Shown piece after piece: positions 27,609 through 41,394 of a stretch of 64,000 nt of DNA; within the stretch, counting starts at the first letter, position 1, and every line of letters starts with the position of its first letter. The translations under genes were made by a program, and so were the position numbers. The notes beneath the pieces are model-generated. The model saw only the letters and a list, made by a program, of their open reading frames with translations, made no database searches and was not told where the DNA came from. Origin of the DNA: Octopus bimaculoides (Eukaryota); contig NC_068982.1 in the NCBI RefSeq assembly GCF_001194135.2, positions 104,846,991 through 104,910,990 on the forward strand, written 5' to 3'.

Positions 27609-28069
27609 TAATGTGGGAAGTTGGACACATACACATACAGACACACACATATATATATATCTCCCACTATTCTATCCTATTACTCTGTAACTCTCTTTCC
27701 CTCCCTCCGCCTCCCTTGCTCATGTGGCTCCCATGTGACCATCGGCCATCTTTCTTTCTCTCCATTGTAGCTGGAACAAGGAAGACATGTTCTTGTTTGT
27801 CTCCTGTCCTGGCTTGATTTACACGTTTGCCACCACGACCTCGTTTAGGCTTGTATAGATGTAAGTATGTACTTATTTGTATGTATATATGCATATACAT
27901 ATATATATAATGAGTTTCTTTCAGTTCCTGTTTTCCAAATTCACTCACAAGACTTTGGTCAGCCTGAGGTTATAGAAGACACTTGCTCAAGGTACCATTG
28001 AGTGGGACTGAATCTGGAACCATATTGTTGGGAGACAAGCTTCTTACCACATGGCCATGCCTGTACCTG

Positions 28070-28106
<37 letters not shown>

Positions 28107-28974
28107 TTTTGATGCAAACTCAAATGGGAATATTGTTATCATCATCATTTAATGTCCATCTTCCATGATGCTGGTATCGGTTGGGTGGTTTAACAGAATT
28201 CAATGAGCAGGAGGATTGTGTTGAGCTCCACAATCTCTTTTGACCTGTTTTCTACAGGTGAATACCCTTCCTAATACTAGCCACTTTACAGAGTGTACTT
28301 GGTACTTTATAATGAGTGTACTTTCATGATACCAGCACTAGTGAGGTCACCAAGTAACTGACAAAACAAAGAAAAAAAACTCTCGATTGAGTGGGGTTGC
28401 AGTAGAAAGGGACGTGACTTTATGTCAGGTGGTGGAGGACAGGCACAGGGTGGGTGGGAGAAGCTGGAAGGAAGACAGAGATGATGAGAAAGTGTTAGAG
28501 CATAGTCTCAAGGTATAGGAAATGAGTATAAAAGGATCAGGAAGAGTGGGTGAGTAAATTCATAAAGAGAGTGAGAGGAGAGAGACAGATGGTTAAAGAT
28601 GGGGGTAGAGGTGAATGATGAAACAAGGGTGGAGGTATGGAAAATATCAGTATGGAATGGGGGGTGGTGGTTAAGGTGAAAGATATAGGAGTAACTCAAA
28701 AAGGATGGGGCGATAAGTGTCAAGATAGGAAAAAATGAAGAGCATCGGTATAATAAGCCTGTAGGGAGATGATGCATGCATGCACACACACTCACACACA
28801 TTATGTGTATGTGTGTGTGTGCTTTATATATTTATGTCTTTGTGTCATCTAAATATGCACTGAAAACACTGCAAAGTGACACAATACTGCCTATAAAATT
28901 AAAATAATATTCATTATCAATGATGACTGTTTGAAGTTGCCAGTATACATGAAACTTTGAAGTAAATAGTCACC

Positions 28975-29322
28975 GCGGGAGTGGCTGTGTGGTAAGTAGC
29001 TCGCTTACCAACCACAAGTGTCTTCTGCTATAGCCTCGGGCCGACCAAAGCCTTGTGAGTGGATTTGGTAGACAGAAACTGAAAGAAGCCCGTCGTATAT
29101 ATGTATATATATGTATGTGTATGTGTGTGTATATGTTTGTGTGTCTGTGTTTGTCCCCCCAACATCGCTTGACAACCGTAACTTAGCGGTTCGGCAAAAG
29201 AGACCGATAGAATAAGTACTAGGATTCCAAAGAATAAGTCCTGGGGTCGATTTGCTCGACTAAAGGCGGTGCCCCAGCATGGCCGCAGTCAAATGACTGA
29301 AACAAATAAAAGAGTAAAGAGT
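28975..29322 (+). mobile_element. SINE family B with internal deletions (B box lost)
   Basis: The head jumps from ACCAACCAC to AAGTGTCTTC; the tail is intact. Confidence 0.8.
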
Positions 29323-30140
29323 ATTGATAGATAATGTGTGTGTGTGTGGGGGGGGGTGCATGCATATGTAAAAGATAAGAAACAACCAAATGGATTGACA
29401 ATAAAAAAGGCATCCAACTGTAAAACACTATCTTAGCAAACCTGTCTAACTCATGTCAGCATGGAAAATCAGATGTAAACTGGCAATGATGATGACTACA
29501 ATGACGTAGATGATGATGTTGATGATATACCATCAGGGTGTTACAATCTACTTTCATCAAAGATATTGAACTTCTATTTCTTATATATTTTACTAATGTT
29601 GTAAAACAGCTTCTGCATCCTGTAAAGGGACAACAATAATGAAAGTATTTGAATGGGATGGAAAAACGGTTTTCTAGCCTGTCCAGTCACATGGCTGAAA
29701 CCAGTAAGAGTCAAGGAGAGTCTAATGGTGTTAAACAGCGGTGGTAACTCCAATGTTCTATTGTGTCATAGGGACACTCCCGAACAAAGAAGACTTCATT
29801 TTCATATAAAGCTATATATTTACACCATACAATATCTACTTATAGTCAGATGGACAGAATTACTGCGAGGGACACAAGTTAATGCCTGTCATAGGATATG
29901 AAGTGCTGATCTCTCAGTAGGTCAACCAGTATAGTACTGACTACACCAGGAAGTAAATACAGTAATGTGGTATGTGTAGGAGACATCACCATCATTATAA
30001 CTTACAAGATACAGCTGCTAAATTTCCTTGAAATCATATTCTGCCATCTAAAACAAATGACAGAATGGATAATGCCCTTGTGTATGTTGTGTACTTGATT
30101 AAAGTACTTCATTTCATACTGCTCCAGTCTGCTCAACTGT

Positions 30141-30529
30141 TGTTGTTGTTGTTGGCACTCCGTCACTTACAACGTCGAGGGTTTCAGTTGATCCGATCAA
30201 CGGAACAGCCTGCTCGTGAAATTAACGTGCAAGTGGCTGAGCACTACACAGATACGTGTACCCTTAACGTAGTTCTCGGGGATATTCAGCGTGATACAGA
30301 GTGTGACAAGGCTGACCCTTTGAATTACAGGCACAATAGAAACAGGAAGAGTGAGAGAAAGTTGTGGTGGAAGAGTACAGCAGGGTTCGCCACCATCCCC
30401 TGCCAGAGCCTCATGGAGCTTTGGGTATTTTTGCTCAATAAACACTCACAATGCCCGGTCTGGGAATCGAAACCGCGATCCTATGACTGCGACTCCGCTG
30501 CCCTAACCACTGGACCATTGCGCCTCCAC
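30141..30529 (-). mobile_element. SINE family A, full length
   Basis: Reverse complement of family A; TSD CTGCTCAACTGT. Confidence 0.9.
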
Positions 30530-30755
30530 TGCTCAACTGTAAAGAGTGCTAACTGGATACAGGCACAGACCCCATCTTCTACCTGTCACAGTTTGGATGT
30601 TCTGCTGGGTCAACAAAGAAGAGAAAGAGAAAGTCTCTATGTTTGAGGTTTCCTAGGAACCCAAAACAATTAGTGAAAGTATAATACATACTACCAAGCC
30701 ATACTTGTTCACAGATGACAGCTGACTGTACTGCACTAGATACATTGTCTAAGAA

Positions 30756-30999
30756 CAGTAGTTCTCAATCATTTTTTGCTTAAAGACCCCTTTGATTCCT
30801 ATTTTACTCAGGGACAGGGGAGGGATGTTCAAAGCCATTTGATGTCTAAAAATCCCTATTATATTTTTATAATTAAATATTACTAGGAATTCTTTTAAAA
30901 GATGTTCAAATATTTTGTATAATGTGGAAATATAACCAGTTCATTGCACATAAATTTTAAAAACAAAATCTTATATGGACCCTGGTTGAGAACCTGCTG
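30756..30999. mobile_element. hAT-like MITE
   Basis: Termini CAGTAGTTCTCAATC and GGTTGAGAACCTGCTG; internal GGACCC motifs. Confidence 0.6.
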
Positions 31000-31334
31000 A
31001 GACCCCATTCGGTCATGACTGACCATGGGATTGCACCTAGAAAGTTACCCTCCCAGGCACAAGTCTGGACAAGGTTGTTAATGGAAGACCAGCAGTCGCC
31101 CATGCATACCGGCCTCCCCTCTCCACACCACCAGTGTTATCCAAGGGAAAAGCAAAGGCTGATACAGCTTGGCACTTGTGACATCGCAACTCATTTCTAC
31201 AGCTAAATGAACTGGAGCAACGTGAAATAAAGTGTCTTGCTCAAGAACACAACATGTAGTCCGGTCCGGGATTCGAACTCAAAACTTCATGATCATAAGC
31301 TCGATGCTCTAACCACTGAGCTATGTGCCTTCAC
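31000..31334 (-). mobile_element. tRNA-derived SINE family E
   Basis: Head GGCACATAGCTCAGTGGTTAGAGC...GAGTTCGAATCC, a TTGAGCAAGACACTTT block and a distinct 3' body. Related heads at about 23100-23390 (+) and 55746-55789/57210-57310 (+). Confidence 0.75.
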
Positions 31335-31348
31335 AGTTGAGAACTGGT

Positions 31349-31383
<35 letters not shown>

Positions 31384-32149
31384 TATCTTTTATCAGCGGT
31401 CAGCTTAAACACGGTTAACCTGGGAGCTAAACAACAACCATCATCATCATTATTTGCACGGGTCAGATGGAATTTGTTGAGGAACATTTTTCAATGGCTG
31501 GATGCCCTTCCTGTCAACAACCTTCATTTGTTTCCAAGCAAGGCAATATTTTCCCATGACTGGACACATGCTCATGGAAGATTGAAAACGAATGACACTA
31601 CTTGTATGGAGGTGACACTTGTTTACAACTATCATAGGATGTCAAGATGAGAATTCACAAACACATACACATGACGGGCATTTTTAAGTGTCCATCAGCC
31701 AAACTCATTCACAAGGCCTTGATTGACCTTGGGCTATAGCAGAAGATGTGTACCCAAGGTGGACTGAACCTAAAAACCACAAGGATGGGAGCGAAAATCT
31801 TCTAAACCACACAACCATGAGCTCCTAATCTACATTTTCTTCTTAAAAAGATTAAATTTTCTAAAATCTGATCTATCTTGCACCAGTTTTTCTTTGATAC
31901 TCCCCTTCTTGAAAGAGCCTGTGCCTGATTGCTAACATCTTAGAAACAACAACAAAAAAATCTCCCTCAAATTAGTTACAATCCTAGCTATATAAAAAGA
32001 TGAGATAATCACGACTGGAGAGCCTTTGATCATAGGTGTAACTGATCTAGTGTTAAACAACAATATATACTAATCTTTTCTAGAACCACCGACTGACATC
32101 ATAGAAACAATCAGGAAATGAAACGGTATTTTTGGAAAGTCTATCAACT

Positions 32150-32866
32150 GTTTCTAATTTAGGCACAAGGTTGACAATTTTCAAAGAAGGCAGTTAGTTG
32201 ATTACATTGAACACAGTACTTTAGTACTTCATTTTTATTTTATTAACCCAAGGACTGACAGGCAAAGGTGACCTTGTTAGGATTTGAACAAACAATGTAA
32301 GTGGTTGGAACAATACTGCAAGACATTTTGTCTGACATCAACAGTTCAGTGGATTTTTGCTTTTGGTGATGATGATAATAGTAATAATGGTTTAAAATTT
32401 TGGCACAAAGCCAGCAATTTTAGGGGAGGGTTAAGTCAGTTACATCAACCCCAGTATTCAAGTGTTACTTATTTTATTGATCCCAAAGGGATGAAATGCA
32501 AAGTCAACCCCAGTGGAATTTGAACTCAGAACGTGAAGAAGGATGAAATGCTGCTAAGCATTTTTCTCAGAGTGCTAACGATTCTGCCAGTTTGCTGCCT
32601 TATGGTAATAGTAAATATTTCTCTTATTTGCTACCAGAACAAGATGAAAGGCAAAGTCGACCTTGGCAGAATTTGAACTCAGAACGTAAAGACAGATGAA
32701 ATACCGCTAAGCATTTCACCCAGCATGCTAACAATTCTGCCAGCTTGCAGCCTTTAACTGTCACAATATAGAAATATTTCTCATGGCAACAGCACACAAT
32801 TTACAGATGCTTACATTTTTTATACTTTCCATGAATCTTTCACAGGTCCAGCAAGAAATAATAATG

Positions 32867-32912
<46 letters not shown>

Positions 32913-33546
32913 TAATCATCATCATCATTTAATGTCTGCTTTCCATGGTAGCATGGGCTGGACGATTTGACTGGGGACTGGCAAACCAGATGGCTACACT
33001 AGACTCCAATCTGATCAGGCAGAGTTTCTACAGCTGGATGCACTTCTTAATGCCAACCACTCCGAGAGTGTAGTGGGTGCTTTTTATGTGCCACCAGCAC
33101 AGGAGTCAATCCAATGTTTTGTTCACAAGCCACCGGCACAAGTGCCCGTGAGGTGAAGCTGGAAATGATGGCGCTCAAATGGTGCTTTTCATGTGCCACC
33201 GGCACGGGAGTGAGACCACTGCTCTAGCAGTGATCCCGCTTGGATGGTGCTGTTAGCACTCCACTGGCACGGGTGCCAGTCATCAAATTTGGTTCAAATA
33301 ATAATAATAATAATAATAATAATTATAATAATCCTTTCTACTGGAAGCACAAGGCCTGAAATTTGTGGGAAGGGATTAAGTTGATTACATCAACCCCAGT
33401 ACATAGCTGGTACTTATTTATCGACCCCAAAAGGATGAAAGGCAAAGTCGACCTCAGCGGAATTTGAACTCAGAACATGGAGACAGATGAAATGCCACTA
33501 AGCAATTCATCCAGTGTGCTAACAATTCTGCCAGCTTGCTATCTTC

Positions 33547-33600
<54 letters not shown>

Positions 33601-34705
33601 TTTATAATAGTAACACAACTTTTCATGATACCAACTTTTCATTCATACACCTACAAGAAAATTTGAGACTGGCACTGCAAGTTAAAAGAGTTATCAAGTC
33701 ACACATTAATATTCCTGCTGTTAACACAAGCTGTGCTTCTCTGTCATATCATCTTTGTAACTTCTAAGTGTATTTACCAGGGATTCAGCACACTCCCATA
33801 AGCATGATATGAAACAGTAATCCCCTCAACTGTAAGGTTAGCAGCCTGACAATTCCACCAGCTGCAGTTTTCAAACCAATACATCTGCTATCGTGCAGTA
33901 GATGTTTTATTATTATCCAACACAAAAAATGTATAGTCACATCACATGGCTAACACTTGTCTACCATATTAACACACATGAAGCATTATTACAAGTCTGC
34001 CTATATTTGTGCAACTATCAATCTTCAATGCATCAACTATCAACTAATGCTTCTTCTTGTTCTTCTTATTATTAAAGGCGGTGGGTGGCAGAATCGTTAG
34101 TACGCCAGGCAAAATACTTAGTGGCATTTCATCCATCTTTATGTTCTGAGTTCAAATTCTGCTAAGGTCAACTTTGCCTTTCATCCTTTTGGGATCAATA
34201 AATTAAGTACCAATGATACACTAGAGTCAATGTAATTGGCTAGTTCCCTCCCCATAAATTTCAGGCCTTGTACCTTTAGTAGAAAGGATTATCATCATTA
34301 TTATTAAAGCTGTGAGCTAGCATTATTATTCACATGCCAGGCAAAAAGTCCACTAAACATTTTGCCTGTCTTTGCGTTATAAGTTCAAATTCCACCAAGG
34401 TTAACTCTGCCTTTAATCCTTTTGGGGCTAATGAAATAAAGTACCAGTTGAGTACTGAAATCGATGTAATTGATTAGCCCCCAACTCCAAAATTACCAAT
34501 CTTGTACATATAATAGGAAGGATTAGGTTGGACAAATTGCTTAGTGGCATTTAACCCATCTTCATGTCCTGATTTCAAATGCTGCCATCCTTTTGGGGTT
34601 GATGAATTAAGCACCAGTGAAACACTAGGATCAGTATAATTTACTAGCTCCCCTCCCACAAAATTTCAGGCCTTGTGCATATAATAGGATGGACTGTTGT
34701 TGTTG

Positions 34706-34760
<55 letters not shown>

Positions 34761-34891
34761 GGTGGAGAGCTGGCAGAATTGTTAGCATGCTGGACGGAAT
34801 GCTTAGCGGTATTTCGCCTGTCACTACGTTCTGAGTTCAAATTCTGCCGAGGTTGACTTTGCCTTTCATCCTTTCAGGGTTGATAAAATAA
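32150..34891. mobile_element. Cluster of about 8 or more family-C SINE copies/fragments interleaved with (ATT)n/(AAT)n
   Basis: Copies at about 32385-32600, 32640-32755 (-), 33330-33545 (-), 34075-34290 (+), 34310-34510 (+), 34540-34690 (+), 34758-34891 (+). Confidence 0.8.
32925..33295 (-). mobile_element. Family D (GAT)n-tailed retro-element 3' fragment (probably RTE-LINE 3' UTR or partner SINE)
   Basis: GTTGGC(G/A)TTAGGAAGGGCATCCAGCTGTAGAAAC...AGCATGGAAAGCGGACGTTAAA(C/T)GATGATG consensus. Other pieces at about 1958-2055, 10320-10560, 15800-15995, 28140-28400, 31440-31640, 37135-37315, 40345-40570, 41835-42180, 48598-48755. Confidence 0.7.
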
Positions 34892-35069
34892 NNNNNNNNN
34901 NNNNNNNNNNNNNNNNNNNNNNNNNNNNNNNNNNNNNNNNNNNNNNNNNNNNNNNNNNNNNNNNNNNNNNNNNNNNNNNNNNNNNNNNNNNNNNNNNNNN
35001 NNNNNNNNNNNNNNNNNNNNNNNNNNNNNNNNNNNNNNNNNNNNNNNNNNNNNNNNNNNNNNNNNNNNN

Positions 35070-35100
<31 letters not shown>

Positions 35101-36424
35101 TCCCACCAGAATTTAGATTTTTTTTTTTTTTTTTAAATTAAACCAAATATGAGTATAACAATAGTGAGAGGTGTAAAACTGTCTTAACCAAACAGATATA
35201 TCTATCTTATTGCTACTCAACGTGTCAGTAGAATTCTCATCACTGCACACCCAACTAATCGTACTTCTGCTCATTTCATCTCTAGTTGTTATTATTAAAG
35301 GTAGTCTTCTCTGCTCTCACTGTATAATTCACATTTCATAGCAATATAGCATCACATGTCTGTCACATGTATCGTTCGTACACACAAGACTCCATCTCCC
35401 TCTGTCTCTCACTCTCTTTCTTTTAATTTCTCTCTCTCTCTCTCTCTCTTCATAAAAGAAAAACATAAAACATATTCTAGATTTATGTGAAGCATCTCTA
35501 CCACTACAACCATCAACATGACCACTGCCGCCAATTTCATTTTCACTTTTTGGTGCTGGTAGCACATGTCATGTTGTTGTTGGTGGTGGTGGTGATGGAG
35601 TTGGAAGGTTAATAAATACAGCCGAGGTTATGTGAAGTCATTTCTCTCTCTCTCTCTCTCTCTTACCAAAAATGAGAAGGTGCTGGATGGGAGGTAAAGC
35701 TAAAAGCAGCGCACACACGCTGACACATACAAAACCCTACAAAGGCATGGATACATGAATATAAGTCATATTAATTTAAAGTACTTTATTACTAATCAAC
35801 AAACAGCATCAATAGCATACATACCCTACCCATACCAGCACCCCTCTCCCCATTATTTCTCCCATTTATAAAACTGAGAACAGTTTTAAGTAAAACTAAA
35901 CTAAAATAAATAAATAAATAAATCAAAGCAACAGTATGTTTTTATGTTTCATTTTTTTGTTTTTGTCTTCTAAAGTTCAAATGATGAAGTGGAGGAGTGG
36001 TGTTGTGGAGGGGGGGGGGAAACGAGGGGAGGAGATGAGAATTACAAATATTATCTAGACATTCTTCCTTTGAGCAACAAACTAAAATGTTTGTTTAAAA
36101 AGCAATTCCAAAGAGAAATTAAAGCATTGCTATATTCTTCAGACAATGACGGCAGTGTTGGTAGCAACGTTCAAAGTGGTGATGGTGGTAGCTTCATAAC
36201 GAAGATGACAACACTGATAATGACTGAAGGGATGATGGTAATGATGATGGTGGTAGAGGTGGTGGTAGAGATGGTGTTGATGATGATGATGACGATGACA
36301 ACAATGATGGGGTAGGGATTCAACAATATTGTTGATAGTGCTGGTACTGAAGTGAATAATAATGATGATGATGATGATGATGGTGATGAGGAAGAGATGG
36401 TACAATTCAAATTAAGCCACACAT

Positions 36425-36760
36425 TAAGAGTATGAGGCTGCATGGTAGTGATACATAGGCTTTGAATATAGAATATCTGCAGAGTCTGGAGAGAAATGAG
36501 GCAAACATGATTCGCTGAACATGTAAAGTAAGCTTGCATTAAAGGCAGGAGCACAAGTGAACTGAAAGAGTAGCTGTAGCTGGGTACTACAGGCATCAGC
36601 TGATATATACAGGAACGATGACTGCATTGGTTATTGACATGTGATGTGAACAGACAATAAAAACTGAGTGAAAGAGTGCCATGTACTGAGAGTGGAAGGA
36701 ATCTATGGCAGAAGACCAAAGAAGTAGTGAGATCCAAAGAGGTTCAATCCACATGAAATA
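36425..36760 (+). mobile_element. RTE-type LINE ORF 3' fragment, degenerate
   Basis: SMRLHGSDT*ALNIEYLQSLERNEANMIR*TCKVSL matches the RTE pattern MLYGSETW...R.E..MIRWMC.VS. Confidence 0.65.
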
Positions 36761-38827
36761 ACAAAAGTATTGAAAACAAGAGGTAAAATAAGCTATACAA
36801 CAGAAATGGTGATGATTATTCCTCATTACTATTCAGGTCTACTACTCAAAATGTTGATGTGGATTTCTTCTTTCTTTGGTCTATTTTCCCCGTTCCTTCT
36901 GTTATGCTATAAAGGACTTACCTTCTTTCCAGCTACTCCTACCCATCGTTATATAATTCAAGGTAGCCATGTATCTCCTCTGTAGTAAGGCACCTGTGTT
37001 TGTCCTTCTATCACATTTTAGCCTTCTAACATCTAGCATAAAAATCACTGTACCCTAACAAATATGACCCCACTTAATCAATAGAGCTTTTACCTTTTTC
37101 TGTTCTTTTTGGATACGTCACTAGTGCCAATGGCATGAAAAAAAAAAAAGCACCTGGTATATGCTGTAAAGCAGTTGGCATTGAGAAGGGGATCCAGCTG
37201 AAGAAACAATATCAAAGCTGATACTGGAGCTTAACATGGCCCTGGGGCATGCTGGATTCTGTCAAACTGTCTAACCCATGCTAGCATGGAAAACAAATGT
37301 TAAATGATGATTATGTCAAGTTTTATTTAAAAGTAGTATTTTAAAGAATTCAGAATTCAGTTTAAATATTTCTGCACTATATTGTCTGTATTGTTACAAA
37401 ATCATCATGAATAGATCTTTGAAATTAAATCGTATGTAAAAAAAACAAAACAATTGACTGAAAGACAATACTGTATTATATATAAATCACAGCTAGGTGA
37501 CATCACAGAAGCTTAGCAGAAAACATAAATATAAATAAGCAGCAGAAGATTTAACTATGACAGCTGTGTCTAGTTTGTGTAATTCCTTTACCAAAAGTCA
37601 AAACAGTGAAGGTGATACTGTATGAAGTCATTCTCATTGCACCAAAAGGCACTAAATCCAATATGATAGACTCAAAACAATAAAGAGTGTTAAATCTCTA
37701 AAGAACTTATTCTCACTCACCATCAGAATCATTAATGAGAGCTTGGTCTGAGGATCTCAACAAAACACCCTTTAAAATCAACTAATGTGATTAGCTTCAC
37801 ATCAGCTTTGATTGAATATGTCTATGATATGTGCATTCCAAGCCATCCCGTCTGTTGTAACTGGTACTCTGTCAGTTACGATGATCAATGGAACAGTCTG
37901 CTTGTGAAATTAATATGCAAGTGGTTGAGCACTTCACAGATATGCATACCCTTAACGTAGTTCTCAGGGAATTTCAGCACAACACAGAATGCCACAAGGC
38001 CGACTCTTTGAAATACAGGTACTACTCATTTTTGCCAGCTGAGTGGACTAGAGTAACATGGAATAAAGTGTCTTGCTCAAGGACACAACACCACCAAGAA
38101 TACTCTAACTACTAAAATTAGGGTATTGACATATGTCAATACAGTAGGGATTTTGGACTGGTTGCTATTTCTAGCAAGTTAAGCAATGATGTAAAGGCTG
38201 TCTCATTGGCTTATTATTGAGCAGCCTGTTGAGTCATATGATAAGGTCAATATCAGTGATATAGACAACTTACTTGGAGCAAAGCACGCTTCCCATAAAT
38301 AAATAGGATACACAGAAAGTTAGGTTTCCTGTTAAAGCAGAACAATGCATCAGTTATTAAAGAGTTAGTGCAATTGTTTCCAAAAACACCACCTGATACC
38401 CAACTATTTCATTATTTAGACAATTCCAAACCTTTCACTGGAATGTTCTTTTGCTGAAACTTATAAAAAAGGTAAAGAGAAACCCATAAAAAGAAAGAAA
38501 AATAAAATAAGAAAGCAACTATACTGACATTACTTAAACAGGTATCTCAGTAAAGGTATTCATTTATCAACTTTGAGATAAAAGTATACATCTTGCTAAC
38601 TGTGGTTGTTGTCAGATAATGGGTGCGATAGGTAAATGAGCAGTGGTGAGAGATGATGATTATGGTAGTGATATGGTGGTGGGGTAATGGAGGTGGATAC
38701 AATATCAATTTAATAACTACCAACTTTCAAATACTATCCTCCACCCTACGAACTGGTTCTTGATAAATGAGCTTTCATGCCTATATCTTCCTACACAATA
38801 TTTATCTATCTGTTTGTCCGGCTGTCA

Positions 38828-38944
38828 TGTGTGTGTGGGTGCGTGTATTTATGTTAGTATGAATGAATGGATGTGTGTGTGTGTGTGTGTGTGTGTCTAT
38901 GTGTGTGTGGGTGCGTGTATTTATGTTAGTATGAATGAATGGAT
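38828..38944 (+). repeat. Local duplication of an about 45-bp GT-rich unit separated by (GT)n
   Basis: GTGTGTGTGGGTGCGTGTATTTATGTTAGTATGAATGAATGGAT occurs twice. Confidence 0.8.
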
Positions 38945-41055
38945 ATGTGTGTGAGACTATGTGTGTTTTGCTAGTGGATGTGTATATATGATATGTGCAT
39001 ATATATGTAACTAGTTGTGTAACTGTATGTGTGTGTGTGTGTATATAAACGGATGTGTGCAAGTATGATATTGCATACATATCTTTCAGCAGCTATTTGT
39101 GTGCGCGTGTGTGTGTGAGTATGTGTACACATATGTGATGGTGTGTAGGAGTTCCGAAAGCCGTGAGAAAGTACACATTTCTCAAGAGGAAAAGACAAAC
39201 AGTAGAGAAGATGTTCTGTGTATCTTTCCAAAACGCCTGGCTAGATCTATTGTCACATATTCAATAGTAAATGAAGTTATGGTAGTGGTGGATGGAGGGT
39301 GGGGAGATATTTGCCAATGACATGCCCACCCTTAACTAAATACCAAGTTAAGGGTGGGCAATAAACTCTTTTGAGTTTATTGTGATTGCACTACATTATT
39401 AGGTTAATTAGGCGAGGAAACGAGCTGGTAAGCTCATCAGGTGAACTAACATTGAATATCTGACATATATATATAGGACATGAATGTCTGAATAAATTTT
39501 ACCAATGAAAGGATGTGTATTATATTTCAGATATTAGAATATACATTAATTGGAGTAACAAGGCTGGTACAGTAGTAAGAGTAGCATAAGTAAAACACTG
39601 ATGGTATCAGGTTGTGAGACTCTATTTTGTGGTTTGAATTCTTTTTCAGTTACTTTCGTCATTCACCTGTCTTTCTGGGGCTGATTTCATTCAATCTTGT
39701 GACATAGTTAAGAAGCAGTTTGGTTAAAACAGAGAGAATCTAAAAATAGTGTCAAAGTGTGTGTCTGTGTGTTTGATAGAAATCTCTGATGATGCTTTGT
39801 TGGTTGTTTAGGTTCAAATCTTATCAAAGCACTTACTGATCAGTGGGCTTGTATATGATGAATTGGAAGATATTAGCTTTTGAATATAAATCATGTATGC
39901 ATTCTCTCAAGACTAGCTTGCTTCCAAAGGGATGACAAAGTACACCTTTGTAGGCTTTTGAACTCAGAACTTAGATCTGACAAAAGATATTTTATCTATT
40001 TGTTGTCATATTTTCCTATTATTATTGAACCCAATACCTCATCATCATCATTTTATTTCTGCTTTCCATGCTGGCATGGGTTGGCATTGTCTGTATCAAT
40101 TCTTATTTCAAGTTTGTCAGTCTTTAATCTCTCTCTCTCTCTCTCTCTCACTCCCTCCTGTTTACCATTATTTGTAAAATTCTGAGATTTGATTAAATCG
40201 ATATGAACTCTTTTCCAAAAACTAGCCTTGAGTATGGTTAAAGAACATTGATATATAAATTATCAAGACTATGAAGATAAGGTGACTGGGTAAGTGATCT
40301 CATTGTTATGAGTTCAAATTTTAATACAACCTCTGGATAAGGCATCAGCATCATCATCATTTTAATGTCCACTTTTCCATGTTTGCATGAGTTGGACAGA
40401 GTTTACTAAGGCAAATTCTTTATGGCTAGATGCCTTTCCTGTCATCAAACTCACTTGTTTCCAAGCAAGGTAATATTTTCTCATGATTTGATATGTTTTT
40501 GCAGAAGACTGGAAATGAATGGCACTGTTTGTATGATAGTGACACTCATTTACAATTGTCATGCCATGTCAAGTGAGTTTCAGTACGATTACTTGACCAG
40601 CTAGAAATAGAGGCTAAATGTCCTTAAAATCACATCCTAGCATCTTAAAAAGGCTGACAATGATGGTTATGATTGAAACAATTGGGCAAACAACAACAGC
40701 CTAAGTGACAATGGTTCCATTTCTTATTTATTGCTAAATGAACAACAGCAAGAAAAGCACTAAACTGTAAAAGGCAAGTATTCCAACTATACACAAACGA
40801 ACAAGTAAATAAAACCATGCAATAAAATAAAACAAAAATAAAATAATGGATAAGTATAGGAACTGGATAAACAAAGAATTTGTTACAATAAAAACTAGCT
40901 ACAATAATACATGATAAGAGAATATTAAGAATCAGTAAAAAAACAATAAAAATGAAGTAAATTAAAGGTAGAAAAAGTCTGAGGAAAAAATGAAAATTAA
41001 CTCAGTGATTGAGGAAATAATGGTAAACAGGAGAGAGAGAGAGAGAGAGGGGGGA

Positions 41056-41094
<39 letters not shown>

Positions 41095-41363
41095 AAGACT
41101 GACAAAGAGGGAGGTACACGAAAGATGAGCAGAACATAGTGTTGAAGCAATTGCTATCAGAATTGTTTGCAGAAACTAAACACGAAGAACTGTGTGTGAT
41201 TAGTTAGGTAAGAAGAGATTCAGCTGCGATTTCATTAAATATATTCAGTCAAGTTGAAAATTTGCCAATTCAGACAGAAAAGAAAGAATAAAAAAAAATT
41301 TTAAAAAAGACAAACAAACACTAGAACTACAATTTTGAAAGAAAGGAAAATGATTCAGCACTG

Positions 41364-41394
<31 letters not shown>

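Noticed and set aside
39415-39445. Hammerhead at minus-strand CTGATGAGCTTACCAGCTC
   Set aside because: The hairpin is followed by GTTTC rather than GAAA, so the catalytic core is incomplete.
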